A stretch of DNA of 42,421 bases from a virus (Duplodnaviria; Caudoviricetes). Positions 19,983 to 29,784 of this stretch are shown here, in pieces (the stretch's first letter is position 1; each line of letters starts with the position of its first letter). The stretch covers positions 1 through 42,421 of the IMG/VR virus record IMGVR_UViG_3300028599_000009, one strand, 5' to 3'. Made by a program: the position numbers and the translations under genes. Below the pieces are notes generated by a model. That model was not told where the DNA came from. It saw only the letters and a list, made by a program, of their open reading frames with translations, and did not search any database.

Positions 19983-20978
19983 ATGGGTTTTAGCCTTCCA
20001 TTCTTTAGCTCACCAGATCTCCCGCCTCCACCTGACTATACAGGGGCGGCAGAGGCCACGGCAGCGGGAAATCTGGAGTCATCGAGAGCAGCAACAACAG
20101 CTAACCGATATGATCAATTTACTCCGTTAGGCAGTCTGGAATGGACCAATCTGGGTGAAGAGGTTTTTGATGAAGCCGCTTATAACGAAGCAATGGCCGC
20201 CTATGAAGCCCAAGCACAGGCTCCAGCTTCTCAGGGCTATTACTCATCTGCTCAGGATGAATTTATATACCCAGGCGGCGAGCCGACAGCTCCAGTAGGA
20301 ACAGCGCCGGATAAAGCTGATTTCACCACAATGACGAATGAGGATAAGTGGCGCTCTGATGTAACCCTGTCGCCTCAAGTTCAATCTCTATTCGACAAGG
20401 GATTGATGATGCAGGACATCTCAGCAGATATCGGACTGACGGCTGGTGATCAGATTAAGGACACCTTCTCGACGCCGTTTGAACTGGATGACTTTGAGGG
20501 TTATCGAGAAGATGTCTATGACGCCATGCTTTCACGTCTTGAAGAAGATATTGACAAGGACTGGCAGAGTCGTAACGCAGAGCTATACGCAGGCGGCATA
20601 GGACGTGGTACAGAGGCTTACGGCTGGGAGCAGACCCAAAGGGACAGGATGTTAAATGATGCTCGCCTACAGGCTTATACGGGCGCTACAGACCAAGCCT
20701 TGAGGGAGAGAGGCCAAACAGTCAAAGAGGCTCTCCTGGAGAGAAACCAGCCATTGAATGAATATAATGCATGGAGAACAGGTGCTCAGGTCGATCTGCC
20801 TACCTTCCAGCCTGGAGGCCAGCAACAGACCACTGCGGGACCGGACTACACCAGTGCTGCAATTGAGCAGGGTCAATACGATTTGGCGGGTTATAACGCT
20901 GATGTCATGGGTCAGAATGCCATGATGAGTGGCCTATTTTCTCTTGGTGCCGGTGGGCTGATGGGAGGGTACTTTTAA
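19983..20978 (+). CDS. Ejection (internal virion) protein 1
   Basis: PPPPDYTGAA...NRYDQFTPLGS; Gly/Ala-rich hydrophobic C-terminus. Confidence 0.7.
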   Translation: MGFSLPFFSSPDLPPPPDYTGAAEATAAGNLESSRAATTANRYDQFTPLGSLEWTNLGEEVFDEAAYNEAMAAYEAQAQAPASQGYYSSAQDEFIYPGGEPTAPVGTAPDKADFTTMTNEDKWRSDVTLSPQVQSLFDKGLMMQDISADIGLTAGDQIKDTFSTPFELDDFEGYREDVYDAMLSRLEEDIDKDWQSRNAELYAGGIGRGTEAYGWEQTQRDRMLNDARLQAYTGATDQALRERGQTVKEALLERNQPLNEYNAWRTGAQVDLPTFQPGGQQQTTAGPDYTSAAIEQGQYDLAGYNADVMGQNAMMSGLFSLGAGGLMGGYF

Positions 20979-22153
20979 TGCCTAGTTTCTTTAACGATCT
21001 ACCCCCTGAAATTGCGTCCCAATATGAAGAGATTGTCCGCAGAAAGAAGATTCAGGAAGCTATGATGGGCCAGACCCTACAGCCGCATAAACAGCAGGTC
21101 GGCAGGAGTGGCCGTTATCAGGTTGCTGTACCCTATTCTCCATTAGAAGGTGCTACTAAACTAATTCAAGCCGCCATGCTTAATAAGCAGGCAGGGAAAA
21201 GCGACGAGGCCATGCGCCAGTTAGGGCAAGACTATCAATCCGGTGGTAATGAAGTCGTTAGAAACATGCTTGCCCAGAGTCGTGGTGATGTTCCCTGGAG
21301 AGAGCCTGATCCTGCTGGAGCAGCAGTAACGGGTGCTGGAAGCCCCTACCCACAAGGCCAAAGGGCTGCGGAGGCAATGCTGGAGCAGAATTGGTCAAGA
21401 GGTCAGCCTGCTCGTCCAACTGGATCGACGGAGGGTTATTTCGTGATGGAAAACGGTAGGCCCAAGATGGTTGAAAACCCAGAAACAGGATCACCATTGA
21501 TGCCAGCCTATGCTGATCCCTCTATGCGCCAAGCTTTTCAATTCGCAGGTGAAACCGGAACCGGGGCGGCAAAGATGGGTTATGTACCAGAGCTTGAGCG
21601 CCAGAAGCAAGTGCAGCAAGCGATTGGTGAAAAGCAGGGCGAGCTAATAACGACAGAGAGGCAGAGACAAACGGCGCTAGGATCAGAAAAAGCTAAATTC
21701 CAGAATCTTAATAACACGGTTGATACCGCTTTGGAGCAGGCGGAAGGGTTAACTACTACCGGGCTTGGTGCTCAGTTAACAAGCTGGATAGGTGGTACGC
21801 CTGCTGGCGACCTGGCTGGAACACTAGCAACCATCGAGGCTGAAGCTGGTTTTGGTAGATTGCAGGAAATGAGGGATTCCTCAAAAACGGGGGGTGCATT
21901 AGGGCAGGTATCAGAAAGAGAACTTGAGCTATTGACCTCCGCATTTGCATCATTAAAGCAGAAGCAATCGGGTGATCAGTTAACAAGAAATCTCAGAAAA
22001 TTCAAAGATCAGTATAAAAACTCATGGAAGAGAATTAATGAGGCTTATCACAAGGATTATGGCGAATATTACATGGACCCGAAAACATTTGAAGATAAGC
22101 CAACACCTGACGCACCCATTGAAGACATTCTGAAGCATTTAGGAATAGAGTAA
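20978..22153 (+). CDS. Ejection (internal virion) protein 2
   Basis: Q/A/G-rich helical; TGGALGQVSERELELL motif. Confidence 0.7.
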   Translation: MPSFFNDLPPEIASQYEEIVRRKKIQEAMMGQTLQPHKQQVGRSGRYQVAVPYSPLEGATKLIQAAMLNKQAGKSDEAMRQLGQDYQSGGNEVVRNMLAQSRGDVPWREPDPAGAAVTGAGSPYPQGQRAAEAMLEQNWSRGQPARPTGSTEGYFVMENGRPKMVENPETGSPLMPAYADPSMRQAFQFAGETGTGAAKMGYVPELERQKQVQQAIGEKQGELITTERQRQTALGSEKAKFQNLNNTVDTALEQAEGLTTTGLGAQLTSWIGGTPAGDLAGTLATIEAEAGFGRLQEMRDSSKTGGALGQVSERELELLTSAFASLKQKQSGDQLTRNLRKFKDQYKNSWKRINEAYHKDYGEYYMDPKTFEDKPTPDAPIEDILKHLGIE

Positions 22154-23986
22154 GTGGCAACTAAAGAGCAGCTTGAGCAGGGTATAAGAAAAGCCTATGA
22201 AAGTGGCGAGATAGACCTCGCCAAGCGTCTTGCTGTTGAATATAAAAAAATCCCTACTAAGTCTGAATATGCGGGAATTGCAGGGCATCCTGCAACACGG
22301 GTTGCCTATGGTGCTGCGGCTGCGCCCATAGGTGCTGCTCAGTTAGTCGCTGAAGGGCTTAGTGGTGCGCCACAGGCCGCGCTACCAACTCCATTGCGAG
22401 CTTTAAAGCTTGGGCTGATGGGTGCTGATGCAGCAGCAGGCGAGCAAAATGTTGTAGCAGAGGCGATAAAAGAAAAATTGCGCCAATACGAAACAGCCAA
22501 AGAACAAGGGCGGAAAGAAAGAGGCTCTGAGGGATTTGACTGGTGGGAGCTTGCTGGAATGGGGACAACCCCATTTGCATTAGCTAAAGGAGCAGCTATA
22601 AAAGCACCTGCATCATGGTATGGAAGAATGGGGGCAGCGGGTGCTGAAGGTGCTGGCTATGGAGCATCAATGCCTGTTACTGGTGATGATTTTGGTACGG
22701 AAAAAGTGAAGCAAGCACTGACGGGCGCTGCATTAGGGACTGCGTTTGGTGGCGCGCAGGAACTAGGGCGAAAAGGCTTTCAATATGGTAAAGAACTGTT
22801 TAGTCCGAAAAAGACAGCTGAAGATTTCATTAAAAAGAAATTTGGTGGTGATACTGCAAAATATAAAGAAGCTGTAGAAGGCTATCAGGAAAGACTTCCC
22901 GGCCATCAGCCAACGGTCGCGGAGGCTTTAGGCCAGCAGCAACGAAAACTTCAAGGAGAGGGCACGGCTGATTTATACTCAAAAGAAGCTGTTCAATTAT
23001 CAAAGGATTTACAGAAAGTCGGGAGAAGTCTCGATGAAGCAGACATAGGCGCTGATATCAAGATGAGAGAGCTAATTACAGGAGAAAAGCTAACCAGGGC
23101 AGGCGAAAGGACAGTTATGAAAGAGATTGGAAAGCAGGCTGATATTGATTATTCAAAAGCGACAGGTCAAATAGAAATACCTTCAGAGTTAACAAAACGC
23201 CCTTCTGTAAGAAAAGCAATAACAAAGGTAAGGCAGGCAATTATGGAGGCGCCTGAAAGATATGGAAAGCTTCCAACAGAAAAAAATAAGTTAACTGTTG
23301 CTCAATTTGGTAGATTGAAGCGTGAGATTGGTGAGACGGTTTCCAGAAAAGTCGGTAAAGGGAAAATGAATAAAACGGAAGCAAGCGAAATTCAAGGGAC
23401 TTTGAATAAAGTTAATGAATCGTTAAAAGAGGCTTCGCCAGAATATAAGCTTGCAGACGAGCAATTTTCTAAAGGTATGGTTCCGGTAACAAAGGGCAGG
23501 CTATCAAGAGGATTGGAAGAAAAGTTATTCCCAGAAGGGAGGGCAAGGCAAGGCGCTGCCTATATGAAATCTATTGAAGACGAAGCAATTCTTACAAAAT
23601 TAACCGGGAAGCTCACAACATCAATAGATGATGTTTTTGAAAAAAGCAGCGCAAATCAAAAGCGCGCAGTCAAGGAAATGCTGCTCGACCAATGGCAAGC
23701 GAAGCGCGTTAAAGGCGCGTCTCAGATAGCTGAAATTGATGGAAAGATTACATTAGAGTTGCCTCATATACTGTCAAGGCCAGTAGTGATAACAAATGCG
23801 GTATTGAAGCATTTTGGTAAAGACTTAACACCAGAATTACATAAGCATCTTGAGTTAATAATGAGAGATCCAAGCAGGTTCATTAAGGTTCTTGATGGTC
23901 CTGTCGAATCTACAGAAACTAAAGCAGCGGTTGATCTTGTGAGAAGATTGGGCGCTATGGCTGCGGCCAATGAAGCAGGAGAGTAA
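22154..23986 (+). CDS. Ejection (internal virion) protein 3
   Basis: Ala/Gly-rich membrane-like segments followed by a charged helical region; synteny. Confidence 0.7.
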   Translation: MATKEQLEQGIRKAYESGEIDLAKRLAVEYKKIPTKSEYAGIAGHPATRVAYGAAAAPIGAAQLVAEGLSGAPQAALPTPLRALKLGLMGADAAAGEQNVVAEAIKEKLRQYETAKEQGRKERGSEGFDWWELAGMGTTPFALAKGAAIKAPASWYGRMGAAGAEGAGYGASMPVTGDDFGTEKVKQALTGAALGTAFGGAQELGRKGFQYGKELFSPKKTAEDFIKKKFGGDTAKYKEAVEGYQERLPGHQPTVAEALGQQQRKLQGEGTADLYSKEAVQLSKDLQKVGRSLDEADIGADIKMRELITGEKLTRAGERTVMKEIGKQADIDYSKATGQIEIPSELTKRPSVRKAITKVRQAIMEAPERYGKLPTEKNKLTVAQFGRLKREIGETVSRKVGKGKMNKTEASEIQGTLNKVNESLKEASPEYKLADEQFSKGMVPVTKGRLSRGLEEKLFPEGRARQGAAYMKSIEDEAILTKLTGKLTTSIDDVFEKSSANQKRAVKEMLLDQWQAKRVKGASQIAEIDGKITLELPHILSRPVVITNAVLKHFGKDLTPELHKHLELIMRDPSRFIKVLDGPVESTETKAAVDLVRRLGAMAAANEAGE

Positions 23987-23989
23987 ATA

Positions 23990-25009
23990 ATGCCGTTTAA
24001 CGGATCAGGTATATATAACCTACCAGTAACAACAGTAACCCCTGCTGTTGCTGGGACCACGATAGATGACTCAGAATTCAATACATTCACTGCTGACTTG
24101 AAATCTGCTTTGACTAATTGCATCGTTAAAGACGGGCAAACAGTCTCCCCCATCTTAATTAATCCAAAGATCCTTACAAAGGTTCTTGATACGAACGGCA
24201 ATGAAGTATTGGATTTAGCTGGCACTGCATCTGCTGTCAATAATATTCTAATTCAGAATCAGACAACAGGGGTTAAGCCGATTATAAGAACAATAGGTGA
24301 AGTGGATGTAGGGATATCGTTTCAGGACACTGAAAATGAGCAAATGCTTAATCTTGAATCTGTTGCAAACGCAGTTAATGAGGTTTCAATCACAAACGCG
24401 GCAACAGCCGGTGCGCCATCAATAGCGCCTACTGGCGGCGATGTTAATATCGATCTTGAATTATCAGGTAAAGGCACAGGCGATGTTGTTGTTACTAATT
24501 TAGCTGCAACAAGCGCGACATTAACAACTCCGACATTAACAACTCCGACATTAACAAGCCCTGTTATAAATACAGGCGTATCGGGTACTGCTGGTGTTAG
24601 GGGTATTTTTATTTTAGACAATCCTGAAACGTTGTATAGCAGCGCAACATATACATCAGGAGCATGGACATCTTCAAGCGGATTCGCGTCCACAACATTG
24701 CCGACAGCTGGCGCAACAGGGGCAATAGTCAGGTTATTTGTAAGAATGCATTGGCTAACTGATACAGATGTTCAGGGATTATGCGCGATACGTAAAGCAG
24801 GGGAGATTGATACAGGCATCCCAACCTATATTAATATGCAGCGGGCAAACCTCAATAGTAACGGGCTAAACCAAATATCTCCAAGCGGAGAAGGGACAGT
24901 TGCTCTTGATGCAAGCTCTGATTTTGAATTCAATTTTAGTTGGGACACGTTGGTTGCGCCAACAATCGACCAAAACTTCACTGTAACGCTTATCGGTTAT
25001 TATGTTTAA
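23990..25009 (+). CDS. Tail fibre/spike attachment protein
   Basis: MPFNGSGIYNLP...LTNCIVKDGQ N-terminal anchor; TLTTP repeats. Confidence 0.75.
   Translation: MPFNGSGIYNLPVTTVTPAVAGTTIDDSEFNTFTADLKSALTNCIVKDGQTVSPILINPKILTKVLDTNGNEVLDLAGTASAVNNILIQNQTTGVKPIIRTIGEVDVGISFQDTENEQMLNLESVANAVNEVSITNAATAGAPSIAPTGGDVNIDLELSGKGTGDVVVTNLAATSATLTTPTLTTPTLTSPVINTGVSGTAGVRGIFILDNPETLYSSATYTSGAWTSSSGFASTTLPTAGATGAIVRLFVRMHWLTDTDVQGLCAIRKAGEIDTGIPTYINMQRANLNSNGLNQISPSGEGTVALDASSDFEFNFSWDTLVAPTIDQNFTVTLIGYYV
24518..24558 (+). repeat. Intragenic 15-bp tandem repeat ACATTAACAACTCCG (about 2.7 copies; TLTTP)
   Basis: Seen directly. Confidence 0.8.
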
Positions 25010-25422
25010 TGGACTTTAACGACCCTACATATTTTCTGGATATAAACGGACTGTCAAAGCATATTGGCGGCCAGGATTACGACTATAACGAGACTAATCC
25101 AGGTATAGGAATAACCAGGGAAACAGTAAATGATAAGGTGGTAAAAGCTCTGATGGCTGGTGTTTACGAGAATAGCTTTGAAGATACATCGGCGTATGCT
25201 GGGGGCCATATAGCAAAAAGATTTGGTGATGATTATTATCTCGATCTTGGAGTATCAGGCGGCCTTATAACAGGATACGATGATAATGCATTAACTCCAA
25301 TGGCAGCATTAATGGCTCAGGTTGGTAAGAAAGGGTTAGGCAGATTAAAGTTTCAATATGTACCAAGTATTGAATCAAAGCAGCCTGCTCTTTTAATGAT
25401 GAATGCAGGATATGAATTTTAA
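25009..25422 (+). CDS. PagP-like outer-membrane beta-barrel protein
   Basis: SKH...YNETNPGIG...GVYENS pattern; alternating strands; C-terminal YEF; ATG overlaps the previous TAA. Confidence 0.6.
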   Translation: MDFNDPTYFLDINGLSKHIGGQDYDYNETNPGIGITRETVNDKVVKALMAGVYENSFEDTSAYAGGHIAKRFGDDYYLDLGVSGGLITGYDDNALTPMAALMAQVGKKGLGRLKFQYVPSIESKQPALLMMNAGYEF

Positions 25423-25437
25423 ATATATAGGTGATAT

Positions 25438-25932
25438 ATGACTCAAGCAGTAGTAAATACAGAACATAATGTAGTTAATACGGTTAGTACCGATGCGAAT
25501 GGCGATGTAGTAACAGACGCATCCGGGAATCAAGCGGGGAATATCGTTGCGAAAACAGATTCAGTTATTTATGCAAGCGGAACTCTTGACGCCACGCTAT
25601 TAAATGATAGCGATGTTATTCCAGATTTCCAGGACTGTGATGGAGTGATGCTTGTAATATCTGGAATAGCCGGTGGGGCGCTTGTTTCTTGCAAGCTCGA
25701 TGTTTCAAGCGATCAGTCAGGGGTGTATACATCTAAAATAGGATGGCGTGGTATTAATAATACCGATAACCATCTGGCTGCGCCAGTTGTTGATATTGCT
25801 GCATCATCGACCTATGAGCGTACATTCGCAACTGGAGGGAGTGCGTTACAAATTTATGTAAGTACGGTAGGAACGGGGACAATTGCTTATCAGATTGTAG
25901 GAAGAGGTAAGGCTGTTGGAAAAAAGTTGTAA
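25438..25932 (+). CDS. Probable virion protein; candidate -1 frameshift extends it to 25997
   Basis: 164-aa beta-rich ORF ending GGA AAA AAG TTG TAA. Confidence 0.75.
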   Translation: MTQAVVNTEHNVVNTVSTDANGDVVTDASGNQAGNIVAKTDSVIYASGTLDATLLNDSDVIPDFQDCDGVMLVISGIAGGALVSCKLDVSSDQSGVYTSKIGWRGINNTDNHLAAPVVDIAASSTYERTFATGGSALQIYVSTVGTGTIAYQIVGRGKAVGKKL

Positions 25933-25998
25933 AAGGTGCAACTTATTTTGATGGTGATACTATTACTTATTATGACAATACAGCATTGAGTTATTAAT

Positions 25999-27498
25999 AT
26001 GCATTTATTTGATAAATTCGCAAGCGACACCACACCATCAATAGAGAGCGCGCTTTATTATGCCATGTCAGGCGCTATTGGTGGGAGATCGCAGGTTGGA
26101 AGGGCTGTTATAAACTACACTGAGTTCGATTATATTTTAAAAGGTGATGGCTCAACCATATGGAGTATTGAAAGAGAAGGATCAGCAACAGACCAGGGTG
26201 CGGACTTAGGACTTGCCCTAGCGACTATATGTACAGCAGCCAACATGCCTAATGGCGGCAAAGTCCTGATTGATTATGATGGTACTTTGCAGGTAACAAG
26301 CTCTCAACTAATAGATTCAGTTAATAATCTTCATATAGTGGGTACTCCAAATCTAACAGTTCAGGCGTCTGGGTTTTCATCTGGAACGGTGTGGGACTGC
26401 ATAAAATTTAACAACTGTGATGATGCGATTATTGAAGGATTCACTATAGATGGTAACAGGTCTTCTTATATATGGACTATTCCAGTCACTGACGATGCCG
26501 GAAATTGCCTTCATTTCGATTCATGTGAACGCTACATGATTAGAGATATGTACCTAAAAGCAGGATTGTTTCATGGTTTCTTCGGTTCCGGGCAAACAAT
26601 ATCAGGAACCCTGATGTATACCAAAATGACCGGCAACGGGTACAGGGGGTGCCACATACATGGCGGGGCAGTCTTTAGTATTGATGGATTCAGAACCCTG
26701 TTTAACGAAGTATGGGCTAATGGCCAATACATATCAGCAGGGTTGTCTACCGGACTGTTTATGGCGTTTGATAATGCCTATGATGCAATTATTATGGGTA
26801 ATCACATACACGATGAAACAGGCGCAGGGATGGAGTTATCTGGTTTGCTATCTAGTACAGTATCAGCTCAGAAAGTTTCTGTTATTGGCAATACACTAGA
26901 TGGAAATGCTTATGGTATACGTTGCTTATTAACCATGATCGATATGGTTGTAAGTGGCAACACTATAAGAGGCTGCACAAATTGGGCAATGGAGCTTAAT
27001 ACAGTCCAAAATACATCTATTACTGATAACATTATCGCAGATAATGCTGATTGGGGTATTTACTGTAATAACTCCATTCAAAAGCATATTAATATGTCAG
27101 GCAATATTCTTAAAAGAAATCAGGGTGGGGCAATGAGGCTCAGGGGTGAGCATTTCTCTGTGTGCAATAACCAGTTGGCTGATAACACAGTTTCGGGTGG
27201 TGGCGCAAAAGATCAGATATCCTGCAATACATTATTAAAAGCTAATATAAAGAATAACAACATTTCAGACGATAACTGGGCTAATACGCTAAGAGCAATA
27301 TATGTTGCTGGTAGCTGTAAGGATGTGCATGTAGTGGACAACATGTGTGGCAATACTGGTCCAACTGCGGATATCCGCTTTGATAATGGTGCGGTAGGGT
27401 GTCTAAACATGAACAATAGATATACTACACTTGTAGATAATACAGTGACTGCGCCGGCTCTTGTTACTGTCAACGATGTAGCGAGCGCGTTCAATTGA
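25999..27498 (+). CDS. Tailspike with right-handed parallel beta-helix (pectate-lyase-like depolymerase)
   Basis: IEGFTIDGN and repeated I/V-x-G/D-N-x-I (PbH1) motifs. Confidence 0.8.
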   Translation: MHLFDKFASDTTPSIESALYYAMSGAIGGRSQVGRAVINYTEFDYILKGDGSTIWSIEREGSATDQGADLGLALATICTAANMPNGGKVLIDYDGTLQVTSSQLIDSVNNLHIVGTPNLTVQASGFSSGTVWDCIKFNNCDDAIIEGFTIDGNRSSYIWTIPVTDDAGNCLHFDSCERYMIRDMYLKAGLFHGFFGSGQTISGTLMYTKMTGNGYRGCHIHGGAVFSIDGFRTLFNEVWANGQYISAGLSTGLFMAFDNAYDAIIMGNHIHDETGAGMELSGLLSSTVSAQKVSVIGNTLDGNAYGIRCLLTMIDMVVSGNTIRGCTNWAMELNTVQNTSITDNIIADNADWGIYCNNSIQKHINMSGNILKRNQGGAMRLRGEHFSVCNNQLADNTVSGGGAKDQISCNTLLKANIKNNNISDDNWANTLRAIYVAGSCKDVHVVDNMCGNTGPTADIRFDNGAVGCLNMNNRYTTLVDNTVTAPALVTVNDVASAFN

Positions 27499-27501
27499 TT
27501 T

Positions 27502-27891
27502 ATGCAAATAAACTGGAACGGAATGGTTACAGCGGGCCTTGTGGCTGCAATCGGAGCAAACTTTACATTTACCGCCTGGCTGACTGTTATGTGGATTGAG
27601 ACAGAGACAACACAAGGTATTGTCGAAAAGACGCTGGAGTCACATAACGACAGAATTCAGCATATAGGCGAAGAACATTCGGATATGCATAATAGAATTG
27701 ACCAGCTTCCATTAATGTATACCGACAGGTACAGGGGTGTAGATGCATTAAGGGATCAAAACAGCCAGTTGAAGGTGGATGACGTGCAGAATGGACGCAT
27801 AAAAGACCTTGAGGAAATGCATTTATTCAGACACAATCTAAACAGACATTCTGAAAGGGAAGGCTATAATAGGAGATCAAATGACAACTAA
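27502..27891 (+). CDS. Membrane-anchored coiled-coil protein (lysis-region candidate)
   Basis: N-terminal hydrophobic helix followed by a coiled coil. Confidence 0.6.
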   Translation: MQINWNGMVTAGLVAAIGANFTFTAWLTVMWIETETTQGIVEKTLESHNDRIQHIGEEHSDMHNRIDQLPLMYTDRYRGVDALRDQNSQLKVDDVQNGRIKDLEEMHLFRHNLNRHSEREGYNRRSNDN

Positions 27892-28006
27892 ATGCACGGA
27901 GCCTGGTATGGACTATATTAGATGGATATTTGTTGCAGCCCTAGTAGCACTATTGTTTGTAATTGGGCCTAATCTTTATCTCTATTTTACACAGTATTTT
28001 CAATGA
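27881..28006 (+). CDS. Small membrane protein (41 aa, MTTKCTEPGMDYIRWIFVAALVALLFVIG...)
   Basis: Read manually; AGGAG RBS; one TM helix. Confidence 0.6.
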   Translation: MTTKCTEPGMDYIRWIFVAALVALLFVIGPNLYLYFTQYFQ

Positions 28007-28224
28007 ACCTACCAACCTGGGAAGAAGCTGGAATAATTGGAACCATCGGTGTGTTTGCCGCCCCTGCTGTTATTGTGGGTTGGTATTTGTGTGATAACGC
28101 TGTAAGAACAACCGTTGAATTTCATGAGGAAATGTCCAGATCCTTACTAAATATGATAGCTGATCTATCTGATTGCTCAGAAGCATCCGAGAAACCAGAT
28201 GGATCCGATTCAGCAGATACTTGA
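28003..28224 (+). CDS. Small membrane protein
   Basis: One TM helix; ATGA coupling. Confidence 0.6.
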   Translation: MNLPTWEEAGIIGTIGVFAAPAVIVGWYLCDNAVRTTVEFHEEMSRSLLNMIADLSDCSEASEKPDGSDSADT

Positions 28225-28408
28225 ACTGTCATTCGGTGACAGGATATTTGAGCAGTATCCGGTTAGCTTCATCATAATGGTATTGTCCGGATTCGGGTAT
28301 TTGCTGAGATATATTATTTACTGGAAACAGACTAGAACGGTAGTTGAGTTTAATAAAACATTGCTTTCACAAATCGAATACCTTTTACAGAAGAGGGATA
28401 TAAAATGA
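28199..28408 (+). CDS. Small membrane protein (holin-like candidate)
   Basis: One TM helix followed by a charged tail. Confidence 0.55.
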   Translation: MDPIQQILELSFGDRIFEQYPVSFIIMVLSGFGYLLRYIIYWKQTRTVVEFNKTLLSQIEYLLQKRDIK

Positions 28409-28806
28409 CAATAAAAGCACCTGTATTTTTAATGATTATCGTAATCCTGGTTATGGTAATACCGCAGATCGTTTCAGCGGCGGACACTACTCCCGTTAAT
28501 TGGGTTCATCCAACCGAGCGAACTGATAATAGCTTAATTCTGCTGACTGAGATAAAGGGAACATGGATACAATGGGCAGACGACAGAACGCTTGTGTTTC
28601 CAAACATAATACCTGTTGCATCAACATCAACAACCATTCAAGGCGGACTTACAGACAGAGCTATTGTGTTGATAACAGAAGACACAGATGGTAGAAAATC
28701 AGCACCTAGCCTTGCATTTGTCATTAAAGCGAGTAAAGCGCCCCCAAAGTCCCCGACCGTAGTTACTGCGCCAGTCGCTACAGATCGTGCCTCGCCGATT
28801 CAATAA
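28405..28806 (+). CDS. Secreted fibronectin type III-like protein
   Basis: Signal peptide ending VSA-A; W.HPTERTDNS.I...EIKG and DTDGRKSAPS resemble a proteobacterial FN3 subtype. Confidence 0.6.
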   Translation: MTIKAPVFLMIIVILVMVIPQIVSAADTTPVNWVHPTERTDNSLILLTEIKGTWIQWADDRTLVFPNIIPVASTSTTIQGGLTDRAIVLITEDTDGRKSAPSLAFVIKASKAPPKSPTVVTAPVATDRASPIQ

Positions 28807-28868
28807 CGGCAAAATACTGCATCGATATGTTGGCTTGCTGTCTGAGAATTGCTGGGGACATTAAATAA

Positions 28869-28893
28869 GCCGGTATCGGGGCACGTCACCGGC
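28869..28893. terminator. Hairpin between convergent late and early operons
   Basis: GCCGGT-N13-ACCGGC; followed by TTATTT on the minus strand. Confidence 0.5.
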
Positions 28894-28932
28894 AAGGCGC
28901 TGAAAAGGAGTTTAAACCTAGCCCCAGGGGAG

Positions 28933-29157
28933 TTAATGTTTTAACGATCCTTTTTCTATATTTAGGTTCATTGAACCAAGATTCGCTCCACTAGGGGCCA
29001 TGCAGTTTCTGGCTCCATCGCATCCACAATCAGGAAATGAGCAATTCAGGAAGTCTTCTTCAGTATTTCCATATTCATCAACCTCAAGACTGCAATGGCT
29101 ACAAGTCTCTTCTGGTTCATGGTCAAAAGCATATTCACAATAAGTTTCTTTTTCCAT
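28933..29157 (-). CDS. Cys-rich hypothetical protein
   Basis: CxxC and CSFPDCGCDG; AGGAG RBS. Confidence 0.7.
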   Translation of the reverse strand: MEKETYCEYAFDHEPEETCSHCSLEVDEYGNTEEDFLNCSFPDCGCDGARNCMAPSGANLGSMNLNIEKGSLKH

Positions 29158-29166
29158 TTCATTCTC

Positions 29167-29295
29167 CTAACCTACACCTCTAAACGCAGTACTCATATCA
29201 GTTAAATACTCACCAATACGCTTGTCTGAATACTTAAATGCAATTATAGCGCCTATTATGGTGCCGAATATGAGCCCTATTAAAAAGAAAGTCAT
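29167..29295 (-). CDS. Small membrane protein (42 aa, MTFFLIGLIFGTIIG...)
   Basis: Read manually; coupled to the upstream ORF. Confidence 0.55.
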   Translation of the reverse strand: MTFFLIGLIFGTIIGAIIAFKYSDKRIGEYLTDMSTAFRGVG

Positions 29296-29579
29296 TTGAA
29301 TTTATCCCTGATTGCTCGTTTTATATCAAACCTATTTACACTCACATAATTACCATTATTGAAAACCTCATCAACAGCCTCACAAGCCTGCTCGACAAAT
29401 TGTTTAGTATTACGAGTATTCCACTTTAATCTCGCTTGAGCTGACGCGTCTGGTTGAAATGCGTGTACAGAGCCACCGCAAGATGTACATTTCACTTCCC
29501 TCCCATCTCTAATATATACATCAACAATTTTCTCGCCGCCGCAAAATGGACATGGTAAAAGATCAGTCTTATCTGTCAT
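29292..29579 (-). CDS. Lar-family (restriction alleviation-like) zinc-finger protein
   Basis: LLPCPFCGG...CTSC...WNTR. Confidence 0.75.
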   Translation of the reverse strand: MTDKTDLLPCPFCGGEKIVDVYIRDGREVKCTSCGGSVHAFQPDASAQARLKWNTRNTKQFVEQACEAVDEVFNNGNYVSVNRFDIKRAIRDKFK

Positions 29580-29784
29580 GCCTAATCCTCATCTTTGCCG
29601 CCAGTATACGGTGCCATGTCGATCTCACAGGCAGTCTTTCCCTTTCCCTGGATCTTAATAACATTCTTTCCCTGAATTCAGTATCATCTATCTGTCTTCG
29701 CTTGCTGCGATCTTTCCTCCTTCTTCGTATTGCAGATGCATCATATTCACTGTGGCCCCAATCCCATTCTACATTGCAGCTCAT
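29569..29784 (-). CDS. Arg-rich hypothetical protein
   Basis: Coupled ORF within the operon. Confidence 0.55.
   Translation of the reverse strand: MSCNVEWDWGHSEYDASAIRRRRKDRSKRRQIDDTEFRERMLLRSRERERLPVRSTWHRILAAKMRIRHDR

Noticed and set aside
23990-27498. Diversity-generating retroelement acting on tail genes
   Set aside because: No reverse transcriptase ORF and no TR/VR repeat pair seen.
5006-27615. Antisense and alternate-frame ORFs nested in structural genes (e.g. 8138-8596, 14224-14646, 15446-15853, 23764-24240)
   Set aside because: Shadows of well-supported plus-strand genes; no RBS or recognisable motifs.
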